Shown here: positions 41,601 to 55,700 of the stretch, piece by piece
Numbering within the stretch: position 1 is the stretch's first letter
Layout: the number at the start of each line of letters is the position of its first letter
Origin: Paragordius varius
Taxonomy: Eukaryota > Animalia > Nematomorpha
Reading direction: 5' to 3'
NCBI GenBank assembly: GCA_964247055.1
Contig: OZ176051.1
Location: 6,944,001 to 7,008,000 of the forward strand
DNA length: 64,000 nucleotides
Position numbers and translations under genes: made by a program
The notes under the pieces: generated by a model
The model's database searches: none
Told to the model about the DNA's origin: nothing
What the model saw: the letters and a program-made list of their open reading frames with translations, nothing else

Positions 41601-44600
41601 TAATAAAATTTTGTTTTAAATTATAATGATACAGAAAAAATTATAAACTATTCCATAAAGATATATTTCATATTAATAATGAGCTATATTAGTTCGAAAA
41701 CACATATTTTATTTTTAGGGTGAATTTGAATTGTTCGAGGGTGTGAATTGTAAATGGTATATATTACCCATATTTGACTTCTTTAACAATTTTTAATCTA
41801 AAATCTATGGAATTGAGTTCCGGAGGTTTCCATTTCAATAATTCGTCCCAACGACCCATTTTATATGGCTATAAACATAAAAAGTAAAAGAAAACTTTTG
41901 CCAATATATTTAATATTACATCATATTCAAACTAAAAAAACGCACTAGAATATTGATTATCTTGAATTATATATATTTTTATTTCAATATATTTTACGTC
42001 ATTGTTAGGTTGAAATACCAATCCATCCATTCCGTGACTTAATTTGGCTTGAAATGTTCCCCACAACTATATTAAGATATATCATTATTCTCAATATTGA
42101 AAATGAGTGATTATATCTCTTTCACCAATAATAGTTATTATATCATTTTTATCAATTGAGATATTTAAGCTATATATACTCATCGTATATGCAAACTAAG
42201 GGTATTTAACCGATTTTTAGAAGTGCTTTTAAAACACAAAAAATATGCAGATCTTTTTTATAAAAAATAATTTTCAATGGGTAGGAAATTGGGATTATTC
42301 GATATTAGTGAGAAATGTAAAGATGAATGTAGTTGCCTAAAGCCAAACTTAATATTTGTTAATTTGTTTTAAGTAATCTTAGAATAGCAGGATAAAGCGG
42401 TCGAATTTTAATGTATTAATAATTGTATCACTGTAAACCGATACCGTAAGCCACTCAAAATTGGTATGAATTAAATTAATACTATATAAATTATTAGATA
42501 TTATGTGAAAATATTTTGAAAATTATCTAATAATTCAGCCGTTAATTTATACTATTTGACACATAATATCTATCAAACATAGATCAAAATTGATATCTAA
42601 TCAAATTAAATATAAAAATTTAAATTTAACACATTTTTATACAATTAACACTAAAAAATATTTTATAAATAAAAGTTAATCATCTTATTTCGTTTAGATA
42701 CGGACATTATTTAAGATAATTAATGCATTTTATTTTATTATATGTGAAACATAATCGCAAAAAATTGTACCTTTGGTGCTTCAACCAATGGAAAAAATTG
42801 TTTCATCCGTATACTAAACGGTTCTTGGCTTCGATTTATCCTATTTTCATGGATAGCTTTTGCACGTGGGCTTATAAATTCATGTTCTATGCATAGCATT
42901 CGTGTATCAAATGGCGTTTTACCAACTTGTTCCCCCTAACATATTGGACGCAAAAAAAGGAGTTTAAAAATTTTAATTCGTAATAAACAGTATTTATACC
43001 AAAATCGATTTATAAAATATATCAAATCAAAATGTTGTTGTCACCTAAAAAATCGATTGTTCATAATTATACGTATTTTCATATTAAAGCGAGTGTGATG
43101 ATTACCTCAAATATTATGATATCGTATATCAGATATCGGGGTATATTAACACCATCCAACACATCCATTACCATTTCCTAAAAGCGGCAAACAGCATATA
43201 TGACAATATTTAAACGAAACTTCAGTAAAAAATGCAAAATTAAAAACATGAAATGCAAAAAGCTAAAATTTTAAGGTTTTTTTTGATAAAGACGATGTCA
43301 AAAAGTAACTTATTAATGAGGTTATTTATAATAAATGATTAAAGGATATAATTACACATAAATATATAAGATACTACAAAATAAATATAATGAAAATGTA
43401 TTTTAACGTATAAATCATAACTTTAAACATAAATGCAAATAGGCAAATAACCACTGCGATTTTTAATTAAAATATGAATATTACCCCATCAAGCAAACTA
43501 TTTTGATATTGTTTTTCAGGGTGTTTACGCATGGGAAATGTAAGGAGAGTTGTTTTAAAGTACCGATTATCCCGATCAATTAGGTACACGCCATCCGAAC
43601 TTATGTACGTCATAAATCTGTACAAAAATAATTTATATATGTAAAAATTTCCCAAAAAATTAAAATTATCACCAATTTTCTTAACTATAAAAATGGTCCA
43701 AAAAATATGTTTGAAAAATTTAATACGGTTACCATATTTTAATATTTTTTACTTATTTATGTAAACGTATGTATATTTTTTGGATTGTTTTAAAAAAAGT
43801 ATATTTCATAATTTTCAATTTATCACATAGCCTGTTAAAATGATTAGGCTTAACCAAAAACACACATTGGAATCGTATTTTGTTTTTACGTAAAAAATTC
43901 GTTAAAACCACCGAAACTATCACCAAACTAGTATGTCTGAGAAATTGTTTTTAAAAAAATGTATCTGTAGTAGCATATAAATAAAAGACAAAAGAACAAA
44001 TTATGAAAGTAATAACCTGTATCCATCAGCTTTCCAACTGACTTTGTACGGTTTTTGGGCCAGTAAATGAATATTGTCTATCGTCATTGAAACGGGTTGA
44101 CTACCAGGAAATCCATTTCTTTAATATAAATGATAAAGCGATGATGTTGTTTAAAACCGAGTCTACACATGTACTTATGATGTCAATTTTAAAAAAAACC
44201 CTAAAAAATTTAATTTTTAAGGGTAACTTATAGAAGAGAAATTGTACATTCTCTAGCAAAATAAACACCATAAACTATGATATTTGACACTCAATGATAA
44301 AAAAAGTTAATTGATCATATAACAAGATTTGTGATTTTAAGGTCCTGATTATTGTATAATATACCATTTACACTTCAAGAGTGTCCTTGAACAATTCAAG
44401 TTGGTCCTTGAACAATTCAAGTTGGTCCTTGAACAGTTCAAGTTGGTCCTTGAACAATTCAAGTTGGTCCTTGAACAATTCAAGTTGGTCCTTGAACAAT
44501 TCAAGTTGGTCCTTGAACAATTCAAGTTGGTCCTTAAACAATTCAAGTTGGTCTTGAACAATTCAAGTTGGTCCTTAAAATTTATAAATTTTGATTTAAC

Positions 44601-47600
44601 CATAATTTTTGCATTTATTCTTTTATTTTATTATTTATTAACCTAATTTTCATTATTTATTATATATTTATTCATTTAAAAATAAAATTTTTTATTGAAA
44701 AACCACTTTTTTGTTTCAAACTATTTTTTTTCAATTGAACAAAATTATTAGCATTTAAATGTTTTCAATGAAAAAATTTAATTAATAACTTAGAAAACTT
44801 ATATATTTTTTCATTTCGTGTTAAGACCTTATAAATATCCAAAATTATTTTAAGAAATGAATAAAGATATAGGGTTTCTCAAAGATTAAAATTTGTATCG
44901 ATTTAAATTTTATGTTAAATAATAGAAAATAGGTTAAATACAATAAAATAGATGAATTATTTACAATTTGATTGATAAAATTTAAAAACAAAACAAAAAA
45001 GTCAAAGGACCAACTTGAATTGTTCAAGGACCAACTTGAATTGTTCAAGGACCAACTTGAATTGTTCAAGGACCAACTTAAACTGTTCAAGGACCAACTT
45101 GAATTGTTCAAGGACCAACTTGAATTGTTCAAGGACACTCTTGAAGTGTAAATGGTATAATATATTATTTTTGAAAAAACTATAATAGCATACTAAAAGT
45201 AGCCATAAAAATTAACTACATGATTATCTGTATTGAAATAAAACTTAAATCCTCCTGTAAATCAAATTTCATACTTTTAACATAAAAAATGAAAATATAT
45301 TTGTGTTAAGAGTGCACACAAAATAGATGATTACCCATTAAATTCGCACAGCTTTTTAACTGTACCGCGGAGTTTTTTAAGTTCAGACTTATCTGTGAGT
45401 TGAGTAACTCCCAAAACTTGACCGTCCATAAATAAATCACTTTTTCCTAGCGTGGTGGAATGTGAGGGTTTCATTTCATGTTTCAAAGATGTGTTATCAA
45501 TATTTGTAATAGGGTTATTTTGATCATCCTAAAATAGCATTTATGGGAATAAATTTTAAATTAATATGCATTGATTATATGAAATATTTTAAAATAAATC
45601 AGAATAAAACATTTGAAATATAATCCGGGGTAATTTTTGCATATAAATTCGTGAATTAACATTTATACATGATCAATAAATTTGGAAAAATAAGGTTAGA
45701 AAAAACTATTTAATATGTTCGTGATACAACATTTATTTTTAAAAAATTTATTAAAAACACTATCTCACACTTAAAAATTTGAAAAAAATTATTATTTAAC
45801 CAATAATTAATATAAATATATTAGTTTTAATATATTTTTAAAGATTTTTATACATAGGTTAGAATTCTAAAAGAACCATCAAAAATATTAAAAAAATTGA
45901 TAATCCACCAACCCATTTTCAAAGCAAAAATTTATTTCCAACAAAAAATATAAAATTTGTTTTTATATCTCAAAATTTCATAAAAGAATGCAAATGCATT
46001 TTTTAAATAAAATCAAATAAGACTTGAGCAACATTGTCAGTGGAATGAACTCCATTTGTAATTGCCATATTGTTAGTATCGTCTGCATCGTCTTCCTGTC
46101 CGTCTGCAAAATCTTCAGGTCCTGTTGTCAAATCTGAATTGAAATTTATAAAAAGGATATGCATTCGAATAGTTGCTTATTTCCGACTATATAGTTGGGC
46201 AATATGCAACACAGTAGTGTATGGAAAAAAGAAAGGAAATGAAATTGTTTATACAACATTTTGTTGTTTTTTCCATACACTAGTGTGTTGCATATTGCTC
46301 AACTAAAGTGTGAAAAAGGCAACTTGTAAAATACATATTGTAAATAATTACTATGGAGTAAAAATTAAAATTATTAAGACATATGTCGAAAAATATTTTT
46401 TTAAAGAGAGTCAATTAATTTTTTTGTCCCATGTTATCGCTGGACGACCAACTATGTTTTGTTTGTTTGGCTTAAAGTTTGTTATATTTTTTATCCCTAT
46501 ATCGTTATCTAATATTTGAATGTGACCGTAGTAGCCGGGTCTACATATTTGGATGTAAATTAACTGAAAATTTACATTTGGTTAACCCTAGATTTAGAGT
46601 ATAGCTACTTAGGGTTTCGAATTTCCAGTTTAATTTACATAAATATTAATTTAATTTAAATTCATATAACCGACTGCATTTATACCAATATTGCAAAGTT
46701 GGATATATATATGTATGAAATTGATATGTGAAACCCCCAAGTCAAATAGTTGTGTCGTACTGATGATTGATAACAAGCACGAAACTAGTCGATTACTATT
46801 AGCGAAGGGTTTCTCATAATCAATTATAATTTCAGTTTATAAATATTTATTAATTAATTTTCTATTTAATTTTCCTTTATAATTTTCTTACGGATTTAAC
46901 AACTGTTATTACAAAACATTATCAATCCGTCTTACTTTTTATGCTTTATTTTTCTAATTTTTTACTATACACTAAATATAGTGATATTTCACGTTTTATT
47001 TTATGTAATAGAGATGTAAATTTACAAGCTCAATTCTATATTCCACAATCGTTAATATAGAGTTAACATGAATATAAGTCTTTAACTTTTTATCCTGTGT
47101 CTTTATTAAAATTTTAAATAATAAATATTAAATCTTTTATAAAATAAGAAAAGTAATTGGAGTTAGTTTACCCCAATCTGGTTTAAATGGAGCCATGGGT
47201 GTATCTTCTTCCATATCATACTGAGTAAATAATTCATTCAAATAATCTTGTTTATAGATCCCTGGAGGTCTGGCCTAAACCATAATATATTTTTAAAAGT
47301 AATCAAAAACTAGATTTTAAATGTATACAATTTGTGGTTAATGATTGAAAATAGGATTTTTAAACAAAAATATATCAATCAAATAATTGTTATGCGTTTT
47401 AATATGATATAATACCATTATAGACTTTAAAAAAAATTAAATGGCCTTAAAAATATTATAAACAAATTAATGTTATTCATCAACAGTGGCAAATCAAATT
47501 ATTAAGGTATTTTTAATATCAACGATTAAAATCAGAACTTGTATACAAATTTATTATTCAAATGTTCTCCTTAATTTATATACTTATAATTCGCACTTTT

Positions 47601-48435
47601 AGTTCAAAAAAACATTAAAGAGTTACAGTTAAAAACAAATTTTTGATAAATTTCAAGTAATTATATTACATTGGCGAAAGTGTCGACCGCAGCTATAGGG
47701 CTCCAATACATATGATGTATAAGGTAGGCGCATATCATATATCCAGTGCGGTTAAAACCGTGTGTACAATGGACAGCTAAATATATGATAAAATTACAAA
47801 AAATGGAAAAAATGATAAATATGATTTAAAGTAATCAAATAGGTGTCACTTGAGGTAAGAAAACACCTTAAAATATCAATAAATAACATTTTAATGTAAA
47901 TTATAAATTGATCAATTAATAAATAGTACATTTTTTATAATCGTATAACAAACAACAATATAGTGTAAATAAGAAAGCTTTAAAAATTTAGTCTGCAAAA
48001 AAAATCTAATAGAAATAAATTACCTATAAGGTCTTCAGAATTTTTTGAGAGATGACTAGCTACTTTATAAATAAAAGAGTCGACATTTTCTTTGGAGGGT
48101 GCTTCGCCAAATCAACAAAATTATAAAAAGAAATTACCCTCTACATGCTATCTTATGATATTCAGCCCCTCTATCCTCCACTTCTTTTTTATTATAAAAT
48201 CTATTGGTGTTAGTTAAATCGATCCATAACCCTATTTTTCTCTAGAATAATTAAATTAAAATACTTTATATTGTTTCGCTGCCTGAAAAACCATGTCGAC
48301 AGTGAATTTATTAGACTCTGGTACATTTTTAAATGTTTTGTCAAGTGGAGTTTTAAATGGTATAAATATTCCTTCAATTAAATCACCCTTTCTAGGGCAA
48401 TTAAGCCATCGCAAGGGTAGGGTTTTACTTTGCAT
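38629..48435 (-). CDS. RNGTT: mRNA capping enzyme (Cys-type RNA triphosphatase plus guanylyltransferase), 16 exons
   Basis: [82 protein letters not shown] and RTDKSFPN. All junctions are GT-AG except intron 2 (GT-TG). Confidence 0.97.
39990..40250 (+). mobile_element. RTE-clade non-LTR retrotransposon 3' relic, antisense in an RNGTT intron
   Basis: [14 protein letters not shown]...[18 protein letters not shown] matches the typical RTE ORF C-terminus. Confidence 0.8.
41524..41757. mobile_element. Short MITE of a related CCATTTACA subfamily
   Basis: CATTTACAATTCAAATTCACTCTAAA ... TTTAGGGTGAATTTGAATTG...TGTAAATGG; the internal sequence resembles 34316-34510. Confidence 0.7.
44364..45155. mobile_element. 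Foldback-like element with 21-nt arrays (TTGAACAATTCAAGTTGGTCC)n in inverted orientation
   Basis: TIR CCATTTACACTTCAAGAGTGTCCTTGAACAATTCAAG at both ends, about 10 units left and 7 right, flanked on both sides by TATAATATA. Lies in an RNGTT intron. Confidence 0.92.
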
Positions 48436-48785
48436 ATCCTACATATGAAATACATATGTATGGTCATTCATTCAATATACTTGTGCAAAAAATATAACCA
48501 GTTTTATAACTTATGTATCATAATATAATATTTTATAAATGTCCATCTATTTTTTAAATAACAATTTTGGGGTCGAGTGCCACATTTCATAAGTAAATGC
48601 TCAAATTATGTTGAAAAATTTAATTTAATCAAGACGAGGGGCCCAACTTTTGAACGTCGAATCAATAAAACCTGTGTCAATTTACTGGTAAAAAATAAAA
48701 TAGCCGATACCCTTTAGGATATAATAAATTAATACATAGTGTCACAAAAAAAATGATGAAATATATTTACTCTGATAAGAAAATA

Positions 48786-49680
48786 TTAAACGTTTGGCCC
48801 TTACGAGTGAATTTAGAATGTTAACTTTTGTAATAAGTGCTTTATATTAATCTTTATCCAAAAAATACAACTTTATATCATAAACTACATAAAAACAGCA
48901 AAATAATAATTGCAAAAAAAATTAATTATTAGATGTGGTCCGAAAGTTCCTTTTTGCTCTTCTATGGTTAGATGCGCAAAAAGGCCTTCCGCAATAAAAG
49001 TTTTATGCGAAATTTTGAACAAATTAAAAATATTTTTATTTACGCTTTACAAAAATTTATTTTTTAACAAAATATTGTTGAAGGTCGTGATGGAAACCGT
49101 TTAAAAACGTTTTAAGATATTTTAAGAACACCTTTTCCAAATAATAGTGAACATTTCTACCGCTTCCTAACTTTAATTAATATTTTCATTTGCTTAAAAA
49201 TTATGGTGAATTATTGCAAAAAAAAGATTTAACATAATTATGAAGGCGATTGAATATTTTAATCGAAATTTTGAGGTGATAAAAATGTTCATCATCATCG
49301 AATTATATATGAAACAAAATATTTGAAGTAAACATCAACAAAATTTTTTGAATTTTAAAAAAATATCAAATTGATATCAAATATTTAAAATTTTTAACGC
49401 GCAATCACGCATTTTTGCGTTTATTTTGAGAGCGCTAAGCCTTTTCAGAAGAGCAATTTGGGACTTTCGGTGCCCACATCTAAAAATTAAAATTTTTTGA
49501 AAATATTATTTTGCTATTTATAAGTTTACGAAATACTTCAGAATTATTTTTTGGAAAACTCTCTTTTTTACCAATAATATTTTATTTGTAAAAAAGACCC
49601 AAATATTGCCATTTTCTATCTGGTGTACCTACCACAAAATTGTAAAAATCTTTTTCTAAAGTCACGCATAAGGGCCAAAA
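48786..49680. repeat. Degenerate long inverted-repeat element; a related fragment lies near 50870-51000
   Basis: TTTGGCCCTTA.G.GTGA at 48786 pairs with TCAC.CATAAGGGCCAAAA at ~49660-49680, and GATGTGG.CCGAAAGT at ~48931 pairs with GGGACTTTCGGTGCCCACATC at ~49460-49480. Confidence 0.6.
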
Positions 49681-50294
49681 CCCAGAGCATCATAATAATC
49701 CTGATACCTATTCACATATATCACCAAGTTATTTTTTATACCCCCGATTTTAGACTCACTGTAATTACCAACTTTGCTTTCCTACATTGATACATTTTCA
49801 TAATTAATAAAGTATTAGTTACATAAGTGAAATCTCTTTAAATTTGCGGTGACACAAATGTTTCATCATATATTCTTAGGGCCTAGGTAAGACATCAAGA
49901 CTATAAAAAAAGGTTTTTTATAATGTATTAAAAATTGTTTTTCAGCTCAAAATACTATACGCATCTATGCTAAAAAAATTATTATACGGTGCATTTCAAA
50001 AATATTTTTTGAATGCCATATACTGTCTGCTATCCGAAACTAATGCAGGATTTTCATTGTGCTTTTGGTTTGCGGATTTAAAAAAGTATTAATATTTTTC
50101 GGTAACTGCTCCTTAACAAAAAATAGCATTGCGCACATATTAATAAATAAAATTATATTGAAAGTTAACACCTCGATTCAAATTGGGGTATCTAAATACC
50201 CCAGACTTTATTTAAGCATTATTAAGAAACTTAAAGAAACGGTCTCAATTTATATTTATGCTTCTATCCTAATAAAAATTATATAAATAAGCCG

Positions 50295-50505
50295 CTATAT
50301 TTTAAAAAATTTAGTTTTGATAAAAAGTTCCATATCAAACTATTTCGCCGCCATTTTGCAAAATATCGTGGTTATTTTATTTTAAGTTTTTAAAGCTATT
50401 ATTATAGTTAGATCACATTTTACCTTGATAGAAACAGAAAATGCGGTTTATTTTGCATTATATTTAAATTTAGCTAATGCACACATGTCATGTTGACTAA
50501 ATTTT
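50295..50505 (-). repeat. Dispersed repeat family B, copy 2
   Basis: Homologous to 29450-29690. Confidence 0.7.
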
Positions 50506-51745
50506 TAAAATATGTAATAAAAGTTTAATATAAAGCAAAACTTTGATGAAGTGTAATGATATTTGAGGCATGATAGAAGAGTTGTAAAAACGCTTTATGA
50601 TGTTTGTCTATCTAATCGATGATACTATTTCAGTCACCTCGCAATTTTGAATAAAATATTTTTTAATATGAATTGTTATCATACAAATTCACATCAAACG
50701 AACCTTTATTTTTGTGTTCAGTATCAAAAAATTAGATAGAAAAAGTGTTTATCTATTACCTTGTGTTTTATACCGTTTCCAGCATCCTTAAAAATAGCAT
50801 AGAGCTCGGTTCATAAAAATTATTCTAATATCCATTTTCCCTAAATAAAGAAAATTTAACAAATGTTAAAAATTTTAACGCAATATCTGCATTTTCACGT
50901 TTAATGTAAGAAAACCTTGCCCATTTTAAAAAGGCCTAAAAAATTTAGGACTTTCGAAGTCCAGAGCTACATTTTAAAATCTTTAACAATATTGTTGTGC
51001 TTTTCATACATAATTTAACACAGGGTGTCAACATGCGGATTTTTGAGGTTAGCGAGATATTTGAAAAATACAGATATTTTCGAATCTAAAAAATAATTTT
51101 CTTAAACAAATTCTCTTAATAACGTTTTCCGAATTCCGGATATAAACTATACTATTAAATAATTAATTAAGAATTAAATTCGATTTTCTAAGAAAGTCAG
51201 TATATATAGTTTTAAATACTCCCAAACATTGGCCTTTCAACAAGATCCCACCAAAGTTTAAAAATTCCAATTTCAAATGCTAAAACGGTATATCCAGTAT
51301 TATAAAAGTTATTGTAGAGGGATTACAAAACTAATTTAGAATATTCATTCAAATTTAAAATATGGATTCACATTTTTAGCGTATGATGAAAAAGAATCGT
51401 AAAGTAATCTTTAGTTCAAACCTCTTTCGCTTGTATTTTTTTAAATTCCTAAATCAACAGACAAATAAATGTATATTATGATAAAATGTAAATTAACTTA
51501 TGAAAACTGTAAAAATAAAGCTATATCTAATACAGGCGAACAATGGAAAATATAGTGCTTAAACAAATTTCCAAACAGTTTATTTTTTACATGTGTAAGC
51601 TTTGCATAAAAATACCCCAAAATTAATCGACTACAAAAATATTAAATGGTAATGAATAGTTAATATAATAAAAAATATCTTTTGCATGGGTATAAAGTTG
51701 AACATTATGAATATTACTTTTTTATACCTTTCTATTCGTTATACA

Positions 51746-52469
51746 TAGGGTTGTGCATTTGACTGCTTTCTCAAAAAAGTCCGGTCAGACCTAGTCAGAC
51801 CATGGTCACGACCGTGGTCATGCACTTTTTATTTAATTAAGTTTCATGCCATATTGGATTGTCAAAATAATGTTCGAATGACACTTGCGTTTCACTAATA
51901 AAGTCATGTTTTTTCTAAAAGATTGTATTATACATTTTTTGATATTTATTTACAAATATTTTTAATCAAATTTAATCGAGAAATTTGTTTTAAAATGAAT
52001 TTTGCCTTATGATTGTGGCCTTCTAAATCTTCAAATACATAGCTTTTAATACTGGATATTTCAGATAAAATTTTACCTAGTTTGTTTTACACTTTCTTTC
52101 ATCATTAAATATCCTATTATAGGATGTTTTTTATTTTATTGGTTCACATATATGGAATAATTGCATATTTTGCAAAGCGCTTGATTGTTTTGTTTTTCGA
52201 AATAACTGAATATGCTTAAATGCTAATGTTATAAGGATGCATGTTTAACATTATATTGTTAAATAAGCATATTTAAATTTTTAAAATATATTTTTTAAAA
52301 ATTATATAAAAAAACGATTAAATCTTAATATCTTTCTCCCAAAAAAGTACTAGCAATTTTTCAAAAAACAGCTGTTTTTTTAAATGACCATGGTCAAGAA
52401 ATAAATAGACACTGACCTGGTCATGACTCGGTCAATTGACCGGGTCATGACTTGGTCAGCACAACCCTA
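51746..52469. mobile_element. Non-autonomous hAT element (724 bp)
   Basis: 11-bp TIRs TAGGGTTGTGC/GCACAACCCTA, a perfect 8-bp TSD GTTATACA, and subterminal TGACC/GGTCA motif clusters at both ends. Confidence 0.93.
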
Positions 52470-52765
52470 GTTATACAACCTGAATGATTAAACAAAATGT
52501 ATAATTGAGTGTTGCTATTTTACATCTATATTCCATAGTTCTCTGCTCAAAACTTATTAAACTCTATTGAAAATTTATTAATTATGGCTTAATAAATATA
52601 TATATAGAATATTTTTAGTTTTATATTAAAAATTGTAATTAAACTCTTAACTAAACCACAGAGTTAGATTTTAAAACATTTTTTAACACATTTTTATGTA
52701 TTTGATTTTAACTATACGTTTCAACAATCATATCAATATAATATTGTTGTTTAAATATTTTTCTC

Positions 52766-55700
52766 ATGTATCTTTTGGTATTATTATTTACCCAATATCC
52801 TAGGTAATGTTATAACTATAAGATTTCGAATCTAATTTCTGTTCCTATTATTTTTGGCCAATTTACCGTAGCGTATGGTTAAAAAACAACAAATGGTCGA
52901 AATTACCTTCTGACAACATTAAATTTTATTTTGTTTGTTTATATAATAAGCTACTGTATTAATAATTGGCCAAATGAGATTAATTAACATTATGTACTTA
53001 CTCCAATTTGTACTAATTATGCCACTTCTTAAATTAAATTCATATTATATATATCGGTATGAGTAAGTATACATTACTAGTTTTTATTAATTATGCCAAA
53101 TAGTACCACAAAGGGCATTAACATTGGCTTATAGTTATTTTTTTCACATTTTAACATTATTAGCCAATAATACTCTTTGTTGCATATGCTATTTGGCAAT
53201 AATTAATAAACTCTAGAATATATGCTTACTCATACTGTATTTTAGATTTATATGTTTATTATTATTATTGGTGTATAAACTAAAAAAATGTGGTAACAAT
53301 CTTACAAGGCTTGTTTAATTTTTTTTAAAAAAAATTAAAATAGCGCCCGATTCATGAGTCTATTATAAAATTTGAAATTTTCCCAATTTAGACAATCATC
53401 GGGGGGCTTAATCAATACATCTTTTAGTTTAAGTACCAAAAGTCCTGATACAATAAATGGCAACAATATCGCACTTGCAGTACCCAGGATTACAATATTT
53501 AACACAGATGAATGGCACATGAAACTATGGGAAAAATCTGATACAATAGCCAAACGGCTGATCCGAGAATCATTTCGTGATTATTTTACAGGGTATTACT
53601 TTATCATGGAATGTTTAAACAATCTAGTTTTAGTTTCCTTAAACTTAACTTATTTTATACTTTAAGGGTCGCATAAACTTTACAATATCTGAACATTAAA
53701 TAGGTATGCAATACTTTTATTGTCATATTAAATTTTCTTATTCATGTTGTGTAAAACAATGTTGATGAGCAATTTGATTGAATTGACACTTTATTTTCAT
53801 ATGTATGCATTTATATAATAGGGTTTTAATCTCTTAAAGATTAATACCAATCAGTCACCATTACCAAAGTTTAAATGCATTTTATCTATATGTGAAGTAT
53901 TTTATCCAATTATATGAAATTTTAAGCCCATTTATAGCTAAAATCATAAGTATGATTTCGTAAAATGATTTTTTCTGTCCTGCCTATGAATTTAAGAGTC
54001 ACTATATTTTAAGGGTTTTTAATTAATTTTTAAAAATATCAAATCAATAAAATCAAAGTATGTTAGGATACCGCTAAATCCTTTTCTTTTTATATATGCT
54101 AATATATTAAACTTAGGTATATTTAAGGTGACCAGACGTCCCGCTTTTGGTGGGACAATCTCGCTTTTTCACACTTTGTCCCGCGTTACGTTTTTAAAAT
54201 GTCCCGCTTTTTCACGATTATATAAAAAAAAATTTTTTTAATAGAATTAATTTTTTTTATCCGTTTAAATTTTTTATCATTAAATATCTTTAAAATCTTT
54301 ATAAATTTTTAAAAATTTTTATTTTTAAATTAAAAATATTTCTTTCTACGAGTTTATATCATATGATTATACACTTTCCTTCCTACTACTACTGTCATTA
54401 TTATCAAAAAGCCAAGTTAATATCACAAATCTTTAGATTAAAAGACAAAATGATACCACAAATCGGTACCTTACACGTTTATTCCAGAAAATTAAGGTAA
54501 TATAATATTTATTATACTAATAGTAGTTTATAACTATGAGCACAGAAAGAGGTTGTAAATTCAACGATGAATTAATGAAAGATTTTCCATTTATTAAAAA
54601 AACTAAGAATGAATCATCTGTTAAATGTCTTATATGCGAGGGGGAATTCACCCTAGCACATGGCGGCAAGCATGATATTACAAAGCATATGGAAACACAG
54701 AAACATAAAAAATGTTTAGATATGGCGGCATCATCTTACAAAATGAACGATTTTTTTCGAAAAACCGCTTTTGGAAAGGAAGAAAAGAATTTGGCACTAG
54801 CTGAGGGCGTGTTATCTTTGCACGCCGTTAATCACAATCATTCCTTTAGATCTATGGACTGTATCTCACAGGTTATTCACACGTTATTCCATAAAAAATT
54901 TACATGTGTCCGTACAAAGGCTGAAACCATTGTGTGCAATGTCCTTTCGCCACATGCATTTTCTGAAATACAATAAGATTTACTGAAAATTAATTTCATA
55001 TCGCTATACTTTGATGCATCTCACAAGGAAACAAAATTATTTCCCACTTTAATAAGATATTTTGATCCAGAAACTGGAGTAATTAAAATTTTAGATTTTA
55101 TTTCGCCACCCGGTATTAATTCCGACATAAGTTTTACTTCAATAATGAATATTTTAGAAAATAATAATTTAAAAGACAAAATCATCGCATATTGCGCTGA
55201 TACCATTACGAACTTTGGTGGAAAAGCAAGAGTGGAACAAAAAATATTTTTCATAAATTACGATAATCTTAATCAAAACATTATTGGCGTTGGGTGTGCA
55301 GCGTATTTACACAACGCTATTCAAACAGCTACTGATTTGTTACCCCTAGATGTGGAAAATTTAGTTATTAAAATATATATCTTTTTTATATATACACGGT
55401 ACGCATTGAAACGCTTAAGGAATTCTGTGAAAATGCAGAAGTTCAATATCAAAAAATGCTTGGATATTGTAAAACTCGTTGGTTAGCTTTATGCGAACTA
55501 TCGAAAGAATTTCAAAAATGTATGATCCTTTAAAATCTTTTTTTATCACAGGAAAAATGTCCTACAACTTTAATAAAGTTTTTTGAAAGTGATTCTTCAA
55601 AAATATGGTTAGAATTCTAACATAACCAAGCTTCTCTCTTTCAAAATGTTATTAAATTTATAGAAGGTGACAAAATTTCGGCAATCGAAGTAGCCAATGA

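Noticed and set aside
44349-45138. 21-nt tandem arrays resembling a CRISPR array or repeat-protein ORFs ([21 protein letters not shown])
   Set aside because: The units are contiguous with no unique spacers, lie in inverted arms of a transposon inside an intron, and no cas genes are present. The ORFs are by-products of a 21-nt (3n) period.
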